From an uncultured Phaeodactylibacter sp. (GTDB lineage Bacteria > Bacteroidota > Bacteroidia > Chitinophagales > Saprospiraceae), in NCBI GenBank assembly GCA_964454855.1, contig CAYVVK010000001.1, forward strand, positions 8,652 to 56,901: a stretch of DNA of 48,250 nucleotides, written 5' to 3'. A program made the translations under genes and the position numbers. This document shows, piece after piece, positions 1 to 8,551 of the stretch. Under the pieces are notes generated by a model, which was not told where the DNA came from, did not search any database, and saw only the letters and a program-made list of their open reading frames with translations. How positions within the stretch are numbered: position 1 is the stretch's first letter; the number at the start of each line of letters is the position of its first letter.

Positions 1-49
1 CGGGGGGGGTACTGAATAAGAAGTTTGAAGTGCTGAAATAAACCGCATA

Positions 50-93
50 CCTTTCGGGGTTTGAAAAGTCAACCCCTTTCAAATCCCGAAAGG
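50..93. other. long bipartite inverted repeat (hairpin), function unknown
   Basis: CCTTTCGGG 50-58 pairs with CCCGAAAGG 85-93. Inner TTTGAAA 60-66 pairs with TTTCAAA 77-83, with a 10-nt loop. No clean T-run follows. Confidence 0.5.
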
Positions 94-217
94 CCACTTT
101 GGGGTGAAAAAATTTCTTATATTACTGATTATTCAGTAATATTGTTAGACTGAAAAACGTTAGATTAAGACATTCATTGCTTTTTAATATTCGTGGAATT
201 ATAATCATTGCTAGTGA

Positions 218-247
218 GTCGCACATTTTTGTGCGGCTTTTTTTTTT
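218..247 (+). terminator. intrinsic terminator (module 1)
   Basis: Stem gtcgcaca 218-225 pairs with tgtgcggc 230-237 (one G-U), tttt loop, then a T10 run at 238-247. Confidence 0.6.
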
Positions 248-322
248 GCCTCACCTCATTTTATTTTCACAAAAAGCAACCGTACCGCTCTGTCTTTGCC
301 TCCTAAATGGCTTTGACATCAG

Positions 323-330
323 TATTTTTG
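323..330 (+). promoter_or_regulatory. candidate Bacteroidetes -7 promoter box
   Basis: TATTTTTG is an exact match to the TAnnTTTG consensus. It lies about 235 nt upstream of the module-2 terminator. No good -33 TTG is seen at the canonical spacing. Confidence 0.25.
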
Positions 331-524
331 CTGTATCCTGCTGCAAAATATAAAAGAAACTTTTCTTCACATTTGCCTGATTTTGTCCTTGATTGGATGT
401 GGTATTCTTTGAATATTTGTATCGTGATAGAAAGATAAAGAAGGAAGAAAAGCCACATCGGCGGATAAAAGCATCCGCCACAATTGACAAGGATATGTTC
501 ATGGGATTATAATTTGTTAGTAGT

Positions 525-565
525 GAGTCGTTCGCCCATAAAGCCGAACGGCTCGCTATCTTTTT
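525..565 (+). terminator. intrinsic terminator (module 2, weaker)
   Basis: 10-bp stem gagtcgttcg 525-534 pairs with cgaacggctc 545-554 (one G-U). T5 at 561-565 follows a 6-nt spacer. Confidence 0.45.
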
Positions 566-692
566 CAGATTTGACACCCGGAAAATATATAATAGCGGCC
601 AGGCCTGAGCATAGAGAGTAGGGGAATAGCCGCTCAGCAAGAATCTAAGATTCATTCATTTTGGATATGTTCATGGGATTATAATTATCGCG

Positions 693-729
693 CAGGCCTC
701 ACTTCACAAGGTGAGGCCTGTTTTTTTTT
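693..729 (+). terminator. intrinsic terminator (module 3)
   Basis: Perfect 10-bp stem caggcctcac 693-702 pairs with gtgaggcctg 711-720, followed by T9 at 721-729. It also lies 36 nt beyond the stop of the convergent rarA gene. Confidence 0.7.
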
Positions 730-764
730 GCCCTGGAGCGCGGGCTTCCAGGCCCGCGTTACCG

Positions 765-2039
765 TCAATACCCATATTTCTCCTTCCACAGCCGCCGCAG
801 CCTTTCTCTCATCTTCTCCTCCGGCCCATTCTTCTGCGGTTCGAACAGCCGTTTTTTACTCACCTCCTCCGGCAGGAATTCCTGCTCCACAAAGTTACCC
901 GGAAAATCGTGGGCGTACTGGTAGCCTTTGCCGTAGTCGAGCTCTTTCATCAGTTTGGTGGGCGCGTTGCGCAGGTGCAGGGGAACGGGCAGGCTGCCGG
1001 TCTGCTGCACCAGGGCCTGTGCCTGATTGATGGCCATATAGGCCGAATTGCTCTTGGGGGAAGAGGCCAGGTAGATCACTGCCTGTGAGAGGATGATGCG
1101 CGCCTCGGGCAGGCCTACGGCCTGTACGGCCTGGAAAGTGGTGGTGGCCATCAGCAAGGCATTGGGGTTGGCCAGGCCGATGTCTTCGGCAGCAGCGATC
1201 ATCATGCGGCGGGCGATGAATTTGACGTCTTCGCCCCCTTCGATCATCCGCGCCAGCCAGTAGACTGCGCCGTTGGGGTCGCTGCCCCGAATGGACTTGA
1301 TGAAGGCGGAGGCGATGTCGTAGTGCTGCTCGCCGGCTTTGTCGTAGCGGGCGATATTTTTTTGTACCCGCTGCGTCACCAGTTCGTTTGTGACGGCCAG
1401 TTTTTCGCCTTTCTCGCCGTAGTTGGCCACCAGCTCCAGAATGTTGTACAGCTTGCGGGCGTCACCACCGGAATACTGCAGCATGGCCTCGTATTCCGCA
1501 ATTTCTATTTCCTGCTCTTTAAGGTACTCGTCCTTCTCCAGGGCCTGTTTCATCAGGTAGATCAACTCTTCCTTTTCCAGGTATTCCAAAACGTACACCT
1601 GGCAGCGGGAGAGCAGGGCGGGAATGACCTCGAAGGAAGGGTTTTCCGTAGTAGCGCCGATAAGCGTCACTACGCCTTCCTCCACGGCTCCGAGCAGGGA
1701 ATCCTGTTGTGACTTGCTGAAGCGGTGGATCTCATCGATGAAAAGGATGGGGTTGGGGCTATCAAAGAAGCGCTGGCTTTTAGCCTTCTGTATGGTTTCC
1801 CGTACATCCTTTACTCCGGAATTGACGGCGGAAAGCGTGTGGAAGGGCCGTTCCAGTGTATTGGCAATAATCTTAGCCAGAGTCGTCTTTCCGACGCCAG
1901 GTGGCCCCCAGAGGATGAACGAGGGGATCTTGCCGGACTGTATGGCCTGCCGCAACACCGCTCCTTCGCCTACCAGGTGTTTTTGCCCGACGTAATCATC
2001 CAGGCGCTTTGGCCGCATCCTTTCTGCTAATGGTCTCAT
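765..2039 (-). CDS. rarA: replication-associated recombination protein A (MgsA/RarA AAA+ ATPase)
   Basis: 424-aa ORF. Walker A GPPGVGKTTLA, Walker B/sensor FIDEIHRFSKSQQD, and a conserved MgsA C-terminal region (ISAFIKSIRGSDPNGAVYWLARM, LRNAPTKLMKELDYGKGYQY). Confidence 0.95.
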   Translation of the reverse strand: MRPLAERMRPKRLDDYVGQKHLVGEGAVLRQAIQSGKIPSFILWGPPGVGKTTLAKIIANTLERPFHTLSAVNSGVKDVRETIQKAKSQRFFDSPNPILFIDEIHRFSKSQQDSLLGAVEEGVVTLIGATTENPSFEVIPALLSRCQVYVLEYLEKEELIYLMKQALEKDEYLKEQEIEIAEYEAMLQYSGGDARKLYNILELVANYGEKGEKLAVTNELVTQRVQKNIARYDKAGEQHYDIASAFIKSIRGSDPNGAVYWLARMIEGGEDVKFIARRMMIAAAEDIGLANPNALLMATTTFQAVQAVGLPEARIILSQAVIYLASSPKSNSAYMAINQAQALVQQTGSLPVPLHLRNAPTKLMKELDYGKGYQYAHDFPGNFVEQEFLPEEVSKKRLFEPQKNGPEEKMRERLRRLWKEKYGY

Positions 2040-2400
2040 GGTCGTTTATTGATGATCAAAAAAAACGGGGCCTGGCCCAACCCCTGCTGTAAATCCTCCG
2101 TGTATGGTAATGAAAAGAAACAAAAATATCTAAAACTCCCTCCAACAGATGCACAGCTGCTCTGATTTTTATATTTTTAAGGCAAAGGAAAAAACAGGAA
2201 ACAATTTCTGGCATGATGCGTACAAAAGAATACGAAAACTTCTTTTGCATTCATCCCCTCAGTTATTTTCCAGTTTAGATCAAGGGTATAAACCCCGGCA
2301 CGAATATCTACAGCGTATAAACCAGCCGCCTTTATAGGCTTCTGCGGTGCAGTACAGCAGAGGTGCTTTATTTTTTGCACAATGAGAAAACTAAACGTTC

Positions 2401-3288
2401 ATGACAACGGAGCACACGCCTGTAGTAAACAACCTGAAGGGAGGGCCCTTTCATTCATTGGATGAACTGCTCACCCACCACGGGCCAAAATTTCAGCATT
2501 TCCGGGTCAATCCTGCCCGGAGAACCACCATAGTCGGCCAAAACGGTACCCGACTGGCCTTTCCCCCTTTCGCCTTTACCGACCTCCTCGGCAGAATCGT
2601 GCAGGAAGAAGTGGAAGTCCGCCTGAAAGAGGCCTTTTCCCGGCCCGAAATGATCCTTGCCGGCAAGCCGAGCACTTCAGACGGCCGCCTGCTGGAATCC
2701 GGAGGACAGTTTATGGTTAATGCCCACCGGGGCTCGTCTCCACTGCAACTTTGCCAGGCCGTGGAAGTGGGGCTCCCGGTGCAGAAAGGCCTGCGCAACC
2801 CTCTGGCCATGAAACTCTACACGGGAAGCACCACTACCATAAAAGTGTATCGGCAGGATAAAAACTTCGACTGGCGCCTGCTCAAAGATCACCCCATCAA
2901 AATACGAAAGGCGAACGGGCATAAGTACTATACCTTCAAGATCGGCGCGTTCAACTGGTATGATTGCGGCTACCTTATCGGCAAACGCTCCGCAAGGTCG
3001 ATGGTGACAGTCAGAATGGCCAGCCCCGTCGAGCATTTTGAGAACCAACAGGCCTATCTGGCCTTCCCGGAAATAAACGCGGTGGCGAAGATGTATCCCA
3101 CCAGCCAGGGCTTCACGGCCATAAACATACCCAATAAGCTCTCTGCTGTGGCCATGGTTATCGCCACCAGCCATGGACAGCTCTATTTCGGGAAAAGCAC
3201 TCTGGAAAAAGTATCGGACAAGGTAGCCTATGTCAAAATGAAAGCAGTAACCGAAAAGGAAACTATTCGGCCGATTTTTCAGTTGTAA
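2401..3288 (+). CDS. hypothetical protein
   Basis: 295-aa ORF with coding-like composition, an ATG start, no signal peptide and no recognisable motif. Confidence 0.6.
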   Translation: MTTEHTPVVNNLKGGPFHSLDELLTHHGPKFQHFRVNPARRTTIVGQNGTRLAFPPFAFTDLLGRIVQEEVEVRLKEAFSRPEMILAGKPSTSDGRLLESGGQFMVNAHRGSSPLQLCQAVEVGLPVQKGLRNPLAMKLYTGSTTTIKVYRQDKNFDWRLLKDHPIKIRKANGHKYYTFKIGAFNWYDCGYLIGKRSARSMVTVRMASPVEHFENQQAYLAFPEINAVAKMYPTSQGFTAINIPNKLSAVAMVIATSHGQLYFGKSTLEKVSDKVAYVKMKAVTEKETIRPIFQL

Positions 3289-3324
3289 GCACCGTTGCCC
3301 TCAGATATTCCAAACGGTTACTGC

Positions 3325-4017
3325 ATGTTGTCCCCCACTCACAGCCTTGCCATGGTTAGGGCATTGTTGGAGCAGTTCGCTGACCCCTACAATGCTGCTT
3401 TCATGCGGAAATACACGGGGGATAATTTCGAGTTTTATGGCGTAAAGAGTTACCAGCGCTATAAAATTTTTTCTCAGGTTGCTGATAGTCATCGAGATAT
3501 GAGTGAGGAGGAATTGAGTGAACTATGTCATTGCTGTTTCCATGAAAGAGAGAAACGGGAAATGCAATATTTTATCAATGACATTGTCTGCAGGGCCATC
3601 CACAAGCTGGAGGAGCCTTTCCTGGAGACTGTGGATGAGCTTATCGGGAAACTATCCTGGGAGGATACGGTGGTGGGCTTTCTCGCTCCCCGTATTGCCG
3701 GGCCCTTGTTTCGGAAATATCCCGGTCAAATAGAAGAGTATACAGAAAAGTGGATACAATCTGATGATACCTGGTATCAGCAAGCGGCCATCACTTTTCA
3801 ATTGCACTACCGCCATGATACGGATGAGGATATTCTTTTTAACTACATCCGCCTGCGGGCCGATACCACCGATTTTTACGTGAAGAAAGCCGCTGGCGTG
3901 GCTCTCCAGCATTATGCCCGGGTAAACCCCAGGGCGGTAAAAGATTTTCTGGAAAAGGAAGAAAACTTGTCGCCCATAACCAAAAGTAAGGCAAAGCGCA
4001 TCTATGACCGCAGATAA
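3325..4017 (+). CDS. DNA alkylation repair protein (AlkD/AlkC-like HEAT-repeat family)
   Basis: ORF 3295-4017. I prefer the ATG at 3325 (MLSPTHSLAMVRALLEQF). The helical-repeat sequence has the typical family tail WYQQAAITFQL...KKAAGVALQHYAR. Confidence 0.7.
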   Translation: MLSPTHSLAMVRALLEQFADPYNAAFMRKYTGDNFEFYGVKSYQRYKIFSQVADSHRDMSEEELSELCHCCFHEREKREMQYFINDIVCRAIHKLEEPFLETVDELIGKLSWEDTVVGFLAPRIAGPLFRKYPGQIEEYTEKWIQSDDTWYQQAAITFQLHYRHDTDEDILFNYIRLRADTTDFYVKKAAGVALQHYARVNPRAVKDFLEKEENLSPITKSKAKRIYDRR

Positions 4018-4760
4018 GAGGCTCCGTTCACATCCAGTATGCAGCCGGTGGTAAAGGCCGCTTTTTCGGAGGCCAGGAACAGGATGGCGTAGGCCACCTC
4101 CTCCGGCTTGGCTACCCGGTTGGTGGGGCTCTGCTGCCGAATGGCCTCTCCTGCTTCGCTTTCCAGCAACTCTACAGCCATATCCGTCTCCACAAATCCT
4201 GGAGCCACCACACCTACGAAGATGTGATGAGGCGCCAGCGCCTGGGCCAGCGACTGGCTCATGGCGTTCATGCCGGCCTTGGAGGCTCCGTAGGCGGGTT
4301 GTCCGGGTTCTCCCCGGAAGGCGCCCCGGGAAGATACGTTGACGATCCGGCCGCCGCCCTGGCGGATCATATGCCGGGCAGCGCAGTAGCAGGTGTTGGC
4401 GGCGCCGAGCAGGTTGACGCCGAGGGTCCGTTGCCAGCTGGCCTGCCATTCCTCGTAGCTGCTGCTGTCCAGAGGGTGAGCCTCGAAAATGCCGGCATTG
4501 TTAATTAGTATATCCAGCTGTCCGAATTCCTTCACTACAGCATCTACCATTCGCTCAACCGCATCCGGATGGCTGATGTCGGCCTTCACAGCCAGATGCC
4601 CCCGGCCGGGCATTTTTTCGATGGTTTGCAGGGCGGCGTCCTTGTTGCTGCGAAAATTGATGGCCACTCGGGCTCCCTTTTCCGCAAAGGCGATGGCTGT
4701 AGCCTGGCCTATGCCCCGGGAGCCGCCGGTAATAAGCACGGTTTTGTCTTGAAATTCCAT
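4002..4760 (-). CDS. SDR family oxidoreductase (FabG-like)
   Basis: TGGSRGIG cofactor motif, NNAG, and catalytic YGASK (YxxxK). 252 aa. The convergent 3' ends overlap the previous gene by 16 nt. Confidence 0.9.
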   Translation of the reverse strand: MEFQDKTVLITGGSRGIGQATAIAFAEKGARVAINFRSNKDAALQTIEKMPGRGHLAVKADISHPDAVERMVDAVVKEFGQLDILINNAGIFEAHPLDSSSYEEWQASWQRTLGVNLLGAANTCYCAARHMIRQGGGRIVNVSSRGAFRGEPGQPAYGASKAGMNAMSQSLAQALAPHHIFVGVVAPGFVETDMAVELLESEAGEAIRQQSPTNRVAKPEEVAYAILFLASEKAAFTTGCILDVNGASYLRS

Positions 4761-4822
4761 GCCCTGAATTTACTCTCTTTTCAAGACAATTCAAGCTTAG
4801 AAAGCCCACCAATTTAGGATTC

Positions 4823-7800
4823 TCATCGTATTAAAGTCACCGACCCCATTTTCTGGTATTTTCTCTTGCCATTGGTAGAGCCCTTCCACAGGGATTCATC
4901 CTCAAACACCGCTTCGATTTTCCAGACATAGACATCCTGGGGCAGAGCGGCTCCGTTGAGCGTACCGTCCCAGCCTTCTGCGGGCTGGCCCCGCTGCAGG
5001 GCGGTGCTTTCCCAGAGTAGTTCGCCGTAGGCCGAGAAGATGCGCACCCGGTACTCTTTCAGGCCGATTCCTTTTGGGAGGAACAGCCGCGCATCGCCGG
5101 TGCCTAGATCCGGTGCGAAAGCATTGGGTACGTGCAGGGCCTTGATGAAATCCGGTTTCAGCATAATCAGCGTATCATCCCGGCAGCCCCCCTCGGTAAA
5201 AGCGGTGAGCATCACCTGCCAGCTGCCGTTCCCAGCGTACTGATGCGCCGGATGCTCTTCTTCGGACCGAGTGCCGTCGCCGAAATCCCAGAGATAGGTA
5301 TCCGCCTGTTCCGAGGTATTGATAAAGCTTACTTTGCCGGCTCCCCCTCCGTCGATCCGCTCTTCGGCCCAACTGAAGCCGGCTCTTGGCTGCTTCAGGA
5401 CTTCTACGGCGGCGGCCAGCTCCAGCGTATCATAGCAGAGGCCATCATAGGCAGCGATGAGGCGGACCGGGAAGTGGCCGGCTTCCGTGTACAGGTGAGC
5501 CGGAGCGCGTTCCGTCGAGCTGTGGCCATCGCCGAAATCCCAGAAAAAGCGATTGCCGCGGGAGTAGTTCACAAACTGCGCCAGCACGGGCTGGCAGCCG
5601 CGGGCGGAGTCGATGCCATAGTCAGCGATAGGGCGTTCGTAAAGCCGCATTTCCTGCCGGCTGGTATCGGTACAGCCATACTGGTTGGAGGCGATGAGAT
5701 CAACCTCATAATCACCTGGCTGGGTATATTCCTGGCTGGGGCTGACTACAGTAGAGGAGGTGCTCATGCCCAGTTGCCAGTAGTAGCCTTCGGCGCCGGC
5801 CGACTGGTTCTGGAAGTTTACCGTTACCGGCAAACCGCAGGCGGCTGCTTTGTCGATAACAAAGGCTGCCTCGGGCTTGGGAAAGGCAAAAACTTCCGAG
5901 ATAAGGGTATCGGAAAAACAGCCCGCGGCATTGGACACCCGCAGGCGCACATCGTACTGTCCGGGTGTCGTAAATAGGTGTACCGGATCGGGTTGTACCG
6001 AACTGTTGCCGTCGCCGAATTCCCATTGGTAATAATTTCCACCGGAAGAAGTGTTGGAAAACCTTACCTCCAGTGGAGCACATCCCGTCGCATTGGCTAT
6101 GTCAAAACGAGCCTCCGGCGGTTCGCTGATGGTGATCTCCCGTTCCATACTGGCACTGCAGCCAGAAGCCGGGCGGGTGGCGGTAAGGGTAATGGTATAG
6201 ACGCCCGGGCTGTCGTACAGATAAGTGGGGTTGGAAAGCACGGAGCTGTCGCCCGTGCCGAATGACCAGATGCTGCCGCCGGCGGGCTCCGAGGTATTGC
6301 TGAACTGAATCTCCTGCCCACTGCACAGGTTGGGAGAGTGATCGAAAGACGGTACCGGCCCGGCCAGTACTTCTATCTCGATATAAGTGCTGTCCTCCGC
6401 GCAGGCATTGGCCGCGTGTTGTTTTACCTGATAGCTGCCGGCTTCGGTAAAGGTATGAACGGGGTCGTCCTCCATTCTGGTATTGCCGTCTCCGAAATCC
6501 CAGCTGATGACGGTGCCCGGAGTGGAGAAATCCGTAAACTGAACAGCGAAGGGGGCGCAGCCTCTGGTTTTGCTGGCCTGAAAAAAAGCCTGTACGCTGT
6601 CGGGTTCCACGGTGAGTATCTTGCTTAGCGTGTCCGTACCGCAGCTGTTTTCCACGATCAGCCGGATGGTATAATCCACCGGGATGGTATCTCCGGCGAA
6701 GAGCTGTGGTTCAGGCAGGGAGTCGGTGGAGCTTTGCCCGTTGCCGAAATCCCAGTTATAACTGATCGGGCTGCCATAGGTGAGGTTGGCGAATTCCACC
6801 AGCAGCGGGGCACAGCCGGTATCTACGGTAAAGCCAAAGCCTACCTGCGGAAAGGCGCGCACCAGCACACTATCGGTAAAAGAATCGGCACCACATTGGT
6901 TTTCAGCCTGCAGGCGGATGGTGTACAGGGTATCGTTCCTGCCTGCCTGAAAAACAATGGGAAAGCCCGGCTGCTCCTCCGCCGAGCTTTGCCCATTGCC
7001 AAAATCCCACGAAAAACTGTTGGCGGAACCACTGCTTTCATTGGTGAAGGTAGCTTCCAGGCCGCCGCAGCCCTCCTCTGCATCAGGGTGAAAGTAAGCC
7101 TCCGGCGGAGCGATTACCTCCAGCGGCTGTGTGATGGTGGCCGTACAGCCGGTTTCGCTAAATGCCTGCAAGCGGACGTTGAAGCTGCCGGTGGTGATGT
7201 AGCGGTGTTCTGGTTCTTCCAATTCCGATACCTGGCCGTCGCCAAAGGCCCAGGTGTAGGAAACTGCTCCCTCCGACTGATTGTCCATGGTAAAGGCACT
7301 TCCCAGGCAGAGTGGGGCGGGAACCTGAAATGCCGGCTGCGGCAAGGGGGCCACCGATATGGGTAAGGTATCCGATTTCTGGCAGCCATCTGAGGTAATG
7401 GTATAAAACAGGTCATATTGCCCGGCTCCCACCGCTGAAGGGTCAAAACGGCCACTCGATACGCCGGGCCCGGACCAGCTGCCGCCCGCCGGTTGCGCTC
7501 CATTAAGAGACAGGGGAGCTGTATCAGCACATATCGTTTGGCCCGGCCCGGCCTCCACCGGCCCGGGATCACGGACGGTGACCTGCATGGAATCCCGAAC
7601 GGCGCAGTTGCCGGAGCCTACGTTGTAGACGAATACATGCTTGCCCCCGCCCCCCTGGGAAGGGTCAAAGAATTTACCGTTCAGCCCCGCGCTGGCGGAA
7701 GACCAGATACCTCCAATCTGATTGGCGAAGCGGCTAAGGTCGTAGGGCTCGTCGCTGATGCACAGGCTGGTGTCAGGCCCCGCGCTTACGGTAACGGGAT

Positions 7801-8551
7801 CCACTACCCCGATGCTCACAGGTTCTTCGGTATGGCAACCATTCTGCCCACCAACCCGGTAAGTGAGGGTGTAGTTGCCGGCGCCCCCCGCTTCTAATGG
7901 GGAGAACAGGCCATTGGCGGCATCCACCACACCCGGGCCCGACCAGCTGCCGCCTGTTGGAACTGCCCTGGGCAGAGAAACCGTCCCGGCGGTATTGCAA
8001 TAAGAAGAATCACTCACCGTCACTACCGGCGCTTCCTGTACTTCGATGACGAGAGAATCGGAATTGCCGCAATTGTTCCCTCCCGTCACCGAGTAGATGA
8101 GGGTATAGCGGCCGATTCCCGACTCGGCAGGAAGGAAGGTATTGCCGGATAATACGCCGCCATCGATGGCCGTCCAACTGCCGCTTGCCGGGCTCGCGTT
8201 CAGGGAAATGGGAGGGCCGCTGCTGCAAACCGCCTGCCCTGGCCCGGCAGTAACCTGTGGCGATTCGATGACTTCTATCGCCACCTGGCCCTGCATGGAG
8301 CAGGCGCCGGTGCCGTAATTGTAGGTGAGGAGGTTGGCGCCTGTATTGGCGGTGGCGGGATTGAAAGTACCGTTCGCGGATACACCGGGGCCAGACCAGG
8401 CGCCGCCGCCGGGTGTGGCCTGCAGCCGGAAAGGCTGGCCGGCGCTGCACACCTCCCGCCCGGAAGGCATTTCCAGCGGGCTGGCTTCCTGAACGGTGAA
8501 GGTGTCGCGCAGCACTGTATTGCCGCAGCTGTTGGCCAGCTGCAGCTCCAC
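4823..8551 (-). CDS. C-terminal part of a frameshifted giant PKD-repeat surface protein with a T9SS type-B (gliding-motility) C-terminal sorting domain
   Basis: Contains repeats of GGxWSGPGV...F(N/D)P modules and about 9 PKD-like units (WDFGDG...G.Y.V.L.A.N..GC). The C-terminus PNAFAPD...YRVRIFSAYGELLWES...GWDGTLNG...DVYVWKIEA...GSVTLIR is typical of the type-B CTD. The apparent GTG start at 8551 is internal to a PKD unit. Confidence 0.85.
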   Translation of the reverse strand: MELQLANSCGNTVLRDTFTVQEASPLEMPSGREVCSAGQPFRLQATPGGGAWSGPGVSANGTFNPATANTGANLLTYNYGTGACSMQGQVAIEVIESPQVTAGPGQAVCSSGPPISLNASPASGSWTAIDGGVLSGNTFLPAESGIGRYTLIYSVTGGNNCGNSDSLVIEVQEAPVVTVSDSSYCNTAGTVSLPRAVPTGGSWSGPGVVDAANGLFSPLEAGGAGNYTLTYRVGGQNGCHTEEPVSIGVVDPVTVSAGPDTSLCISDEPYDLSRFANQIGGIWSSASAGLNGKFFDPSQGGGGKHVFVYNVGSGNCAVRDSMQVTVRDPGPVEAGPGQTICADTAPLSLNGAQPAGGSWSGPGVSSGRFDPSAVGAGQYDLFYTITSDGCQKSDTLPISVAPLPQPAFQVPAPLCLGSAFTMDNQSEGAVSYTWAFGDGQVSELEEPEHRYITTGSFNVRLQAFSETGCTATITQPLEVIAPPEAYFHPDAEEGCGGLEATFTNESSGSANSFSWDFGNGQSSAEEQPGFPIVFQAGRNDTLYTIRLQAENQCGADSFTDSVLVRAFPQVGFGFTVDTGCAPLLVEFANLTYGSPISYNWDFGNGQSSTDSLPEPQLFAGDTIPVDYTIRLIVENSCGTDTLSKILTVEPDSVQAFFQASKTRGCAPFAVQFTDFSTPGTVISWDFGDGNTRMEDDPVHTFTEAGSYQVKQHAANACAEDSTYIEIEVLAGPVPSFDHSPNLCSGQEIQFSNTSEPAGGSIWSFGTGDSSVLSNPTYLYDSPGVYTITLTATRPASGCSASMEREITISEPPEARFDIANATGCAPLEVRFSNTSSGGNYYQWEFGDGNSSVQPDPVHLFTTPGQYDVRLRVSNAAGCFSDTLISEVFAFPKPEAAFVIDKAAACGLPVTVNFQNQSAGAEGYYWQLGMSTSSTVVSPSQEYTQPGDYEVDLIASNQYGCTDTSRQEMRLYERPIADYGIDSARGCQPVLAQFVNYSRGNRFFWDFGDGHSSTERAPAHLYTEAGHFPVRLIAAYDGLCYDTLELAAAVEVLKQPRAGFSWAEERIDGGGAGKVSFINTSEQADTYLWDFGDGTRSEEEHPAHQYAGNGSWQVMLTAFTEGGCRDDTLIMLKPDFIKALHVPNAFAPDLGTGDARLFLPKGIGLKEYRVRIFSAYGELLWESTALQRGQPAEGWDGTLNGAALPQDVYVWKIEAVFEDESLWKGSTNGKRKYQKMGSVTLIR

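Larger units (their letters stand above)
195..729 (+). repeat. three tandem paralogous modules (GGRATTATAAT core), each followed by a hairpin and T-run
   Basis: An identical 24-mer ggatatgttcatgggattataatt occurs at 491-514 and 663-686. A related ggaattataat lies at 195-205. Copies 1 and 2 also share tagtgagtcg (212-221, 521-530). Confidence 0.7.

Noticed and set aside
1-41. Possible 3' end of an upstream plus-strand gene (…GVLNKKFEVLK stop at 39-41)
   Set aside because: Only 13 codons are visible, other frames also stop nearby, and nothing in the window supports it.
50-93. The long hairpin was considered as a tRNA, riboswitch or terminator
   Set aside because: It has no cloverleaf, no conserved riboswitch core that I recognise, and no T-run. 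It is kept only as a structural observation.
251-655. 134-aa minus-strand ORF in the first intergenic region
   Set aside because: It is an AT-rich, low-complexity translation that runs straight through the repeated modules and a terminator hairpin. It has no recognisable motif and is most likely not coding.
4002-4017. 16-nt overlap of the convergent AlkD-like and SDR genes as a possible regulatory antisense feature
   Set aside because: Short 3'-end overlaps of convergent genes are common, and no associated structure or motif was seen.
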